A program made the translations under genes and the position numbers. Under the pieces are notes generated by a model. The model saw nothing but the letters and a program-made list of their open reading frames with translations. It ran no database searches and was not told the DNA's origin. This document shows, piece by piece, positions 54,034 through 64,000 of a stretch of 64,000 nucleotides of DNA (its first letter is position 1; the number at the start of each line of letters is the position of its first letter). The stretch lies in the NCBI GenBank assembly GCA_964016885.1, contig OZ024740.1, forward strand, positions 319,920,001 through 319,984,000. Reading direction: 5' to 3'. Source of the DNA: Eledone cirrhosa. Lineage: Eukaryota.

Positions 54034-55775
54034 ATATTAAATTCAAATATTAACAAAATAGATGTTCTTGTGATCAATTAAATTTTATTATACATATTTC
54101 AGAGGTACTTGAATCAAGTTCAACAGTACGTCCTCATCAGATAAAATAAAATGATACATGACATACCCTAAAAACCAGGCTTGGTTGCTTACTGTTTTTT
54201 CCTGACCAGTAAGCAACCAAGCCTGGTTTTTAGACGTACATCATCAATTGTTGAAAATATAAATCATAATGGCTTATAAAACTTTAATAATGCTTTATCT
54301 TCTAATCATTTATAATGGAAATAACGTTTGAATGAAAGACATTTGTTTAAGAACATGTTGGCAGGTTGATATACATAACCTATGGCTTTTTTGGATATTA
54401 TTAACTTTGATCCAGACCTTTATTTTTCTATCTCTGTTTTAAATATAGTTTTGATATCTAACCTGTAAATTTTTACGAACCTTATTTTGAACTGTGGATC
54501 ATTCATGCGTTTACATTTATATATATATATATGTATTTTATAGTTATGCATGTATGAATCTATTATCTAAGATTATAATCGTTATCCTTTACCGTCTCAT
54601 TAATACTTAGTATATCTCTCTATATGTAGTTTGTGCAAATATGTTTATATTGTATAATAACATAATCATAATTATAGTTCAGTATATCTCTGTATATAGT
54701 TTTGTGCAAATATGTTTATAATGTATAATAACACAATCATAATTTTAGTTCGGTATAACTCTATATATATAGCTTGTGCAAATATATTTATATTGTATAT
54801 TAACATAATCATAATTAGAATTCGGTTCTTCCCTAGAAGGCTGAAGTAATGTAGTGATCTAATATAATATATGAACAAATAATAAAAAATAATAATTTAT
54901 AGTCCTCTTATTAAGATCAATGCACACATATATATATATTTATAGCTGAAAACTCTGGTTTAATTGTTATACTTTAGACACTATAACTATTTAACAATAA
55001 ATTCCTTGATAATTATAACTGTAAATACTTCATAAACTATATATACGGAAAATGTTGACACTGTTACAAGTAATTTTGTTAAAGATTACCGTTGCGTGAA
55101 TATTGAACAGTATATATTTTTCTTTCGCGGGCCTAGTAAATCCTTTAAATTTGTTTTCATAAAACTTTTAATTTTAGAAATTTAACACATTTATAAAATT
55201 TATAAAATTTATAAAATTAATACAAATAACCATCAACTTTTAAAACCTAAAATGTTGATTCGTTACCCTAAAATAACATAAATTAAATATTTTGAAATTT
55301 AACTGCCAAGGCTATACATGTTTATATGTGTCTGAAGAAAATTTGTGCATAAATTACTCCCCTTTATCTCTCCCTCTCTTTAATTATCTATCAGTTGCAT
55401 TCTCAAACTAAAAACTAAAAAAAATTATAACTCCAGATATGTCTTCCTCTATAGTCCTACAGTAGTATTTCAAACTTTAAAAACTCTATAACTGTGACAT
55501 TAAAGCAATGTTTTTCTTACTCACACTCTCTCTATTGATTCTATTACGTTTTCGCATGTTCTCATTAGTAGGGTATAAATATTGAGTTTTCTCATAAGTT
55601 AATCACTACCTTGATTAAATCTTAACCATCTAACATGTCAGGGTATGTCATGTATCATTTTATTTTATCTAATGAGGACGTACTGTTGAACTTGATTCAA
55701 GTACCTCTGAAATATGTATAATAAAATTTAATTGATCACAAGAACATCTATTTTGTTAATATTTGAATTTAATAT
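54034..55775 (+). mobile_element. PLE-derived element with ~135-bp inverted termini, each carrying a hammerhead
   Basis: Arms 54034-54169 and 55640-55775 differ at about one base; intact core on - strand 54083-54146, CTAATGA variant on + strand 55663-55726; ~72-bp tandem repeat x3 at 54612-54825. Confidence 0.8.
54169..54233. repeat. Near-perfect hairpin
   Basis: taaaaaccaggcttggttgcttactg / cagtaagcaaccaagcctggttttta. Confidence 0.9.
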
Positions 55776-55907
55776 TAATAACTCTGGAAAAAATAATTTT
55801 TTACTGTAGAGTGCTTCCAATCTACTGTAAAACTCATTCTTTGATGTATTCATTGAATCTTGTTTAACTCTTTAAAATATATATAACTATATATATATAT
55901 ATATATA

Positions 55908-56108
55908 TTAATATAGATGAGATTCTACAGGACTAGAACTGTTTCATTCATTAGAAATCATCAGGAATCTCCAGGAGATTCCTGATGATTTCTAATGAAT
56001 GAAACAGTTCTAGTCCTGTAGAATCTCATCTATATTAAAACTGTTATACTCTGCTATGTATTGAGTACCTTACTTACTGTGGTTACCTCCGATTCAACCC
56101 GGAATAAC

Positions 56109-56109
<1 letters not shown>
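55908..56109 (+). mobile_element. PLE terminal fragment with perfect 65-bp palindrome (1-nt loop) and hammerhead core
   Basis: 55908-55972 is the exact reverse complement of 55974-56038; CTGATGA at 55982, GAAAC at 56001. Confidence 0.85.
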
Positions 56110-56140
<31 letters not shown>

Positions 56141-56146
<6 letters not shown>

Positions 56147-56499
56147 ATACTTTCGGGGGGTCATGCTTGGTTTTCACTTCAATTTATTACAAATTTCCGG
56201 CTAGTTGGTGCGATGACTGGAACGATAGCCGGAAGATTGTTTATATATTGTCAAAGCTCTTTCGTCACACGTTCTGTGACCTCTTCAGTGACTAAGTTTT
56301 ATTTTGTGTGAGGAGAGACACAAAATAAAAACCTAGACACTGAGGAGGTCACAGAATGTCTGACGAAAGCGCTTTGACAATTTATAAACAACCTTCCTGT
56401 TATCGAACCAACCAACCAACCAGCCGGAAATTTATAAGTTGAAACCCAACAGATGCGTGTGTTTTTATTGGCAGCATGGCCCTCCCAAAGTATAACAAT
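56141..56499. mobile_element. Fold-back PLE derivative with hammerheads in both arms
   Basis: - strand 56250-56292: gtca-CTGAAGA-g-gtcaca(gaacg)tgtgac-GAAA-gagc-TT-tgac. + strand 56336-56378: CTGAGGA..GAAAgcgcTT. Confidence 0.85.
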
Positions 56500-56565
56500 A
56501 TGTGTTTCAACTCACATTTTCTATATACAAACGCGCGCGCGCGCGCACATATATATATATATATA

Positions 56566-57570
56566 TAGGAACGAGTAGGACCCCCTCGATGAATTTTGTG
56601 TCTCGTTTGTCCTCCATATTGCTGAACCATGAGATTACTTCCTGGGAGTTGACCCATAGGCTAAGTCTGGCGTTTTGCTTAACTTTTGGTATAACGCGGT
56701 CTAGGATTTTTTTACTGATTCTCCCTATGTCGGACTTCGTTGGGTTTATAAGCCTGATAGAAGGTTTACGGTCGAAATCGGATTTATGGTCCTTCAGTGT
56801 GAAGTAGGGAGTGCGTGGGTCTAGGGGTTCCATGCGGTCGGCGACCCCGAGGCTGGAGGTAATTTGTTGTCCATCTCGATTTATGTCCTCGATGCATGAG
56901 TGGTTAGCCTTTTTATAGGTGGAGTTTAGGCTGCTCCTGATCAGTGTGTGGTATCTGTCGGGGTTGACGAAGTAGAGGTTACCAGTTTTATCCAAGTGCA
57001 CCATGATGTCATTGCTGTTATCATACTCTGTTAAGTTGCTACGGAGTTTTTGTAGGAATCTGTTGTGTCTGGGTTTGAATGTAATGTTCTTGACCAGTTG
57101 GAAAAGGTCATTCTCGAAGGGTGAGAGCATAGGGTTCGGAGGGGGAGATTTGTAGGTATTAAATCCGAATCTCTCCTTGGTACCGAAGTCTTGATTGTCG
57201 CAATATCTGTCGTAGAAAAAAGTTCTCCATCTAAGTCTTTTCGCAAAGAGGTCGATTTTTTGCGTGAGCATCCGAAGGTAAAGTATTTTCGGCGGAACTG
57301 GGATGTTCTTGGTGGAGAAGTCGATGTTGTGTTTTCGCATGGTGCGGGTGAAAGAACTTGAGCTTAGCGGAAAAGTCTGGATACGCCAGACTTAGCCTAT
57401 GGTTCAACACCCAGGAAGTAATCTCATGGTTCAGCAATATGGAGGACAAACGAGACACAAAATTCATCGAGGGGGTCCTACTCGTTCCTATTACCCACTC
57501 TACTACCCTAAGTATTGAGTACTTTGGTGCGTTATGGTCCACCTGGTTCCTTACCACATTTCCTTCGTTA
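56566..57570 (-). mobile_element. PLE deletion derivative (N-terminal ORF region) with inverted ~105-bp ends
   Basis: ORF 56507..57340 KNIPVP..RLRW..DKTGNLY..TLKDHK..RLINPTKSDIGRISK; 56566-56672 is inverted at 57383-57489. Confidence 0.88.
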
Positions 57571-57644
57571 TATATATATATATATATATACACGCACACA
57601 TACACACACACACACACTCACGCATATATATATGCTGTACTTCC

Positions 57645-57769
<125 letters not shown>

Positions 57770-57951
57770 AAAATATAATTTTTATATTATATTATACCAT
57801 AAACAGCTCAATCCATTATCGAGGCTAATATCTGTATTTTCTAGAGCTTCATTTATACAAATTATATTTAGGTATAGGATATATCATATTAAGAACGTAG
57901 CATAGTAAGCAAAGTTTATAATTAATGAAAAATATAAATTTACTCACACTT

Positions 57952-58043
57952 TGCTTAGTCTGTGGTTTCACAATGACCAAGAAATTATCCTAATTAACAT
58001 AGTTAATTACCCAATTAAGCGAGTCATACCTCATCAGTAAGCA
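57952..58043 (-). ncRNA. Hammerhead-like motif with extended stem II
   Basis: tgctta-CTGATGA-g..atgac..gtcat..GAAAC-caca-GAC-taagca; 6-bp stem I; cleavage triplet mutated. Confidence 0.55.
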
Positions 58044-58070
58044 TGCTTTTTCATATATATACATATATAT

Positions 58071-58140
<70 letters not shown>

Positions 58141-58146
<6 letters not shown>

Positions 58147-58530
58147 ATACTTTATACTTTTGGAGGGTCATGCTGCCAATAAAAAGACACGCACCTGCTG
58201 CTTTTTGCTTCAATTTATAAATTTCCGGTTGGTTGGTTCAATAATCGGATGGTTATATATATATATATATTGTCAAAGCTCTTTCGTCACACATTCTATG
58301 ACCTCCTCAATGACTGATTTCTTATTTTGTGAATCTCCTTTGTTCTGTCCTACACCATCTTGTTTTGTCACTGAAAAGGTCACAGAATGTGTGATGAAAG
58401 AGCTTGGATAATATATAAACATCCATCCAGTTATTGAACCAACCAACCGGAAATTTATAATAAATTGAAGTGAAAACCGACAGGTGCGTATGTTTTTATT
58501 GGCAGCATGACCCTCCCAAAGTATAACAAT
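58141..58530. mobile_element. Second fold-back element of the 56141 family; hammerhead cores mutated
   Basis: attgttatac..gtataacaat termini; tgtca-CTGAAAA-ggtcacagaatgtgtgat-GAAA-gagctt. Confidence 0.85.
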
Positions 58531-58698
58531 ATCTGTTTCAACACACGTTTTCAGATAAGAAATCATGCAAAATAAATTGAAAAACGACAAGAACTCAACG
58601 TCGGGCTCCGACTGTTTCTAATATAGACAGAATCTACTAAGCCAAGTATCGGGTACTTTGTCGAATTATGGTCTTAATAGTTTAATACTGGTTTAATC

Positions 58699-58789
<91 letters not shown>

Positions 58790-58857
58790 GCTGACTTAAG
58801 AAGTTTTGGGGAATTTTCAAATTTGAAATGTATGCGTCTCAATGCAAATGACTATAA

Positions 58858-59232
58858 TAATTGTTTCTACTTTTGGCACAAGGCTAGCAATTACCGCAGT
58901 GCATTACTGGTACTTTAGTTTATTGACCCCGTAAGGATGAAAAGCAAAGTTAACCTGGCGGGATTTGAAGTCAGAACTTAAAGGGCCATAACTCCTATGC
59001 TGCAAAGCATGGTGTCTGACGTTCTACCGATACAAATCACTATAATAATTGTTTCTACTTTTGGTACAAGGCCAGCAATTATCCCAGTGCATTACTGGTA
59101 CTTTATTTTATCGACCCCGTAAGGATGAAAGGCAAAGTTAACCTCGGCGGAATTTGAGCTCAGAACGTAAAGGGCCGTAACTGTATGGTTGAAAGCATGG
59201 TGTCCGACCCTCTACTGATACTGCCAATCCAC
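58858..59232 (-). mobile_element. Two tandem SINE A copies
   Basis: Family consensus; actataataatt at the junctions. Confidence 0.9.
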
Positions 59233-59456
59233 TATAATAATAGTCGAACGTTATATGTAATGGTTGAGAAAAATCGGTTAAATTATCTCGTGGCGCCTCT
59301 GTCTACTTTTATCCGTCGCTAGGGGTAGTTAATATAGTTCTCATAGAGATTCAGCATGGCACCATTTGTGATAAAGCTGGCGGCACTTTGAATTACAGGT
59401 CCAACTCATTTTTGCCAGTGGAGTAGACTGCAGCAACATATATATATATATAATCA

Positions 59457-59525
59457 AACAGAAACACGCGTTTCGTCTTGACAGGTTGAAAATGTGGTCC
59501 AGTCAACGAAATGCGTGTTCTTGTT
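59457..59525. repeat. Short fold-back containing a hammerhead 3' half
   Basis: aacacgcgtttcg..ttgac / gtcaa-cGAAAtgcgtgtt. Confidence 0.6.
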
Positions 59526-59612
59526 ATGTGTTCATTGTGGTACGTGTTTTAACAATAATATATTAAAACTCACTTGCTCTATACCTTAGATATATGTAAC
59601 AAGTTATCACTA

Positions 59613-59669
<57 letters not shown>

Positions 59670-59674
<5 letters not shown>

Positions 59675-59990
59675 TGCTCCCTCGTTATCAAGCATGGCCA
59701 TTGCACGATATACCATTATTAATAATTATTAATTAATTCTATCGTGCAATGCCTGTGTGTGAAGATATTTTTTAAAGTGAGGAAAGACTGTGCACTGAGC
59801 CAATCCCACTCTCTGAGCAACAGTAGCTATAACCCGAAAAGAAGAAAAGATCAACATCATCGGTAACTACTGAGCCGCAGGTTTTATATCGGATTTATCC
59901 CAGTTTCCTGAGTTGCCTTCTCCTAGAAGAATGCCCTGAGAAAGGCTAGGGGTCCTTCACTCCCAGTGGTTTAACCGCGCGATCGGGTCT
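59670..59990 (-). mobile_element. Complete family R element
   Basis: Reverse complement of 8570-8900. Confidence 0.85.
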
Positions 59991-60051
59991 CCAACCATGC
60001 ACCTATGTATATACACATATACATACATATGTACATATATATATATATATA

Positions 60052-60508
60052 CCTTATATGCTGGCGTACAAGTCGACATTTGGAGCCTAAAAATATCTCT
60101 ACAAAATGAGGGGTGGACCTGTCTGCCGAATATAAAATGTGAACCTTTACCACTGAGGGGTAAACAATGAAACAGCCTGCCTAACACTCGTTGTTCACCA
60201 CTTACCATAACTCTAGCAGCCAACCACAATTATTTCCTACTGAAGCTCATATTTGTTAAGTCTATTTAATGTAGAGATTATAATAATATTTTATTTTACA
60301 ACTATTTAGTGTTTATTTCCATGTTTTATATTTTATGCAAATAAAGAATGGCAAGCGTATCTAGTGCTGGGGAGATGGTACAGCCTTATTTTTTTGTGGG
60401 GGGACGTGGGTCGTTTATCCTGCGAATATAGGCCTAAACCTGAATTACACTTCAGAATTTTAGGGATCAGCCTATGCTCCGGATCGACTTGTACGCTGGC
60501 ATATATGG
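60052..60508. mobile_element. Tc1/mariner-pogo type MITE
   Basis: TIR cc.tatatgctggcgtacaagtcga / tcgacttgtacgctggcatatatgg, flanked by TA. Confidence 0.7.
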
Positions 60509-60959
60509 TATGTATGTGTGTATATTATACTCACTCATACACACATCACAGAGAGAGAGAGAAAGAGAGAGAAAGAAGCATGTTATATCTAAATCTACAT
60601 TCTCCAATTTATTTTATCCTACCCTCTTTTTTTTTCAAGATGCCACAGTGTAATATGAGAGATATTTGGCCGCTAATTCTAGCTGGTTGAGCGTTCACGT
60701 AGAAGCTTTTTGTCGGCTCGTTAAGACATTGTAAATATAAAGTGTGAAACTGTTTTCAACGCACGGCTTCTAAATCACATGTTTAGATATACTGAAGAAG
60801 GACTTCACAAGAACTTTTGCTCTTTTGCTTTGTAGTGCTGACGTAACAGGGCCAGCTTATATCATCAAAGAAAACAATGAGAAGCTTGTTGTTCAAGCCG
60901 CTCTGCAAAATCTTTAATTAGGTACTTCCGTCATCTCACACCGCTGTCTCCGGTCGCAA

Positions 60960-62725
60960 TACCACCAGCACCTTAAAAAAATCACCTCCACCACCACAAC
61001 ATCACCATTTTCATCATCGTTATCATCACCCCCCCACCCCACCCTCCACCATCACGTACAAAAATCACCACCACCCCCATCATCATCATCATCATCACCC
61101 CACCTTCACGTACAAGAATCACCACTACCACCACCATCATCATCATCACCCCCACCTTCACGTACAAGAATCACCACTACCACCACCACCATCACCATCA
61201 CCCCCACCTTCACGTACAAGAATCAACACTACCACCACCACCATCACCATCACCCCCACCTTCACGTACAAGAATCACCACTACCGTCACCATCATCATC
61301 ATCATCATCATCACCCCCATCTTCACGTACAAAAATCACCCCCACCCCCACCACCATTATCATCATCATCCCCACCATCACCTAAAACAAAATCACCACC
61401 ATCATCATCATTATCATCATCCCCACCATCACCTAAGAAAATCACCACCTCTATCACCACCACCACCACCACCACCACCACCAGCCCCACCGCCACTACT
61501 GTCTCCATTAGTATCATTATCGCCATTACTGATAGCACTACCACTGCAATATCACCACCATCACTACCACAACACTATGATCATGTTATATATTTAACAA
61601 CACCCCAACCAAAGAATACTAGCCCCCCCCCCCCCCCACCGGTTACTCTAACCACCAAAACCACTATCGTACATAACACAACCACCAGCACAACCACTAG
61701 CAGCAACAACACCACCACCATTACCATTCCACCAACAACAACACCACCACCACCGTAACCACCAACACCACTACCATTATCAACTCCACCAACACTACAA
61801 ACACCACCATCACCACCACAACCACCGTCACAACCACCACCAGCAGCACCACCTCAATCACTAACACCACCACCAGCAGCACCACCTCAATCACTAACAC
61901 CACCACCACCAACACCATCGCAATCACCATTGCCACCACCACCACCACCACCACCATTACTACCACTACCACCATTACTCCACAACACCACCACCATTGC
62001 CATCAACACCACCACCCCAACATCAATATTACCACCACCACCGCCACCACCATCACCACCATTACTATCATCAACGCCACCGCCACCACCACCACCACAA
62101 CCAAAACCACCACCACCCCCAAATCAATACCACCACCACTACCGCCACCACCATCACCACCACCACAACCACCACCACCACCACCACCATCCACCACCCA
62201 CCATCACCATCAATACTACCACAAACAGTTCCATCACCATCACCACATCCATAAAAACACCACCTGTTACTTACCGTCAACATCACTAATAGCACACTGT
62301 GTCCACCTCCACCACCACCACTAATAGTACCCCGTCACCACCTGCACCACGACCACTAATAGCACCCCGTCACCACTTCCACCACCACCACTAATAGCAC
62401 CCCGTCACCACCTCTACCACCACTACTAGCACCACCACCGCCACTGATAGCACCCCGTCACCACCTCCGTCACCACCACTAGCACCACCACCGCCACTAA
62501 TAGCACCCCGCCACCACCTCCGTCACCACCACTAGCACCACCATCACCACTATTAGCACCCCGTCACCACCTCCACCACCACCACTAGCACCACCACCAC
62601 CACTACTAGCACCCCGTCACCACCTCCACCACCAACACTAGCACCACCACCACCACTAATGGCACCCCGTACCCCATTACGACCATCCCACCGTCATCAC
62701 CATCAGTAACCCCACCACCAACACC
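60960..62725. repeat. (CAC/CAT)n low-complexity tract with embedded minisatellites
   Basis: cccccaccttcacgtacaagaatcacc units at 61030-61340; agcaccccgtcaccacct units at 62320-62670. Confidence 0.95.
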
Positions 62726-62850
62726 ATCAGAAACGAGAGAGCAATAAATCTGATCATTCGACCTGCTAGAAATAGCGATCAAATCCCACTCGAATATCGC
62801 GCTGTCGTATTTACAAAAAGACAAGGTAAAGAATGCCAGAAAAAGATAAT

Positions 62851-64000
62851 ATGGTCATGGCTAGTCATAAAATGATCGTAGGTTTACTGGTCACAAATAA
62901 CCTAGGGCTAAACAACACTATTGATGGTCATGGCTGGTCTTAAAATGATCGTGATCGTAGGTTTACTGGTCACAAGTAAACTAGGGCTAAACAACACTAT
63001 TGATGGTCATGGCTGGTCTTAAAGTGATCGTGATCGTAGGTTTACTGGTCACAAGTAAACTAGGGCTAAACAACACTGTTGATGGTCATGGCTGGTCTTA
63101 AAATGATCGTGATCGTAGGTTTACTGGTCACAAATAACCTAGGGCTAAAGAACACTATTGGTGGTCATGGCTGGTCTTAAAATGATCGTGATCGTAGGTT
63201 TACTGGTCACAAGTAACCTAGGGCGAAACAACACTATTGATGGTCATGGCTGGTCTTAAAATGATCGTGATCGTAGGTTTACTGGTCACAAGTAACCTAG
63301 GTCTAAACAACACTATTGATTATCATGACTGGTCTTAAAATGATCGTGATCGTAGGTTTTACCGGGCACAAGTAGCCTAGGGCTAAACAACACTAATGAT
63401 GGTCATGGCTGGTCTTAAAATGATCGTGATCGTAGGTTTACTGGTCACAAGTAACCTAGGGCTAAACATCACTATTGGTGGTCATGGCTGGTCTTAAAAT
63501 GATCGTGATCGTAGGTTTACTGGTCACAAGTAAACTAGGGCTAAACAACACTATTGATGGTCATGGCTGGTCTTAAAATGATCGTGATCGTAGGTTTACT
63601 GGTCACAAATAACCTAGGGCTAAAGAACACTATTGATGGTCATGGCTGGTCTTAAAATGATCGTGATCGTAGGTTTAAAGTGTCACCAATAACCTAGGGC
63701 TAAACAAAACTATTGATGGTCATGGCTGGTCTTAAAATAATCGTGATCGTAGGTTTAAAGGGTCACCACTAACCTAGGGCTAAACAACACTATTGATGGT
63801 CATGGCTGGTCTTAAAATGATCGTGATCGTAGGTTTAAAGGGTCACCACTAACCTAGGGCTAAACAACACTATTGATGGTCATGGCTGGTCTTAAAATGA
63901 TCGTGATCGTAGGTTTAAAGAGTCACCAATAACCTAGGGCTAAACAAAACTATTGATGGTCATGGCTGGTCTTAAAATGATCGTGATCGTAGGTTTACTG
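62851..64000 (+). repeat. 79-bp tandem satellite, about 14.5 copies, runs off the window
   Basis: ctagggctaaacaac at 62902, 62981, 63060 and onward. Confidence 0.97.

Noticed and set aside
62851-64000. CRISPR-like regular array
   Set aside because: Units are contiguous with no unique spacers, there are no cas genes, and the context is eukaryotic

Overview
AT-rich eukaryotic (animal) DNA saturated with microsatellites and transposons. The SINE families resemble octopus/coleoid cephalopod repeats (recognised from memory, not from a search). No intact host protein-coding gene is evident. Identifiable content: RTE, Tx1/L1-type, R4/Dong and CRE non-LTR retroelements; Penelope-like elements (PLEs); several tRNA-derived and LINE-derived SINEs; MITEs; non-autonomous Helitrons; and a 79-bp satellite at the right end. 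Two hidden layers stand out. (1) There are many fold-back (palindromic) elements, mostly beside or inside (TA)n, whose arms carry minimal type-I hammerhead ribozyme cores (CUGANGA-stemII-GAAA-short palindromic stemIII) of the PLE type; several are folded exactly on ribozyme stem II. (2) The non-repetitive DNA left between the TEs from about 27.3 to 46.7 kb reads, in collinear order on the + strand, as a heavily decayed and apparently intronless TRPM2-like channel pseudogene. All alignments and RNA folds were done by eye.
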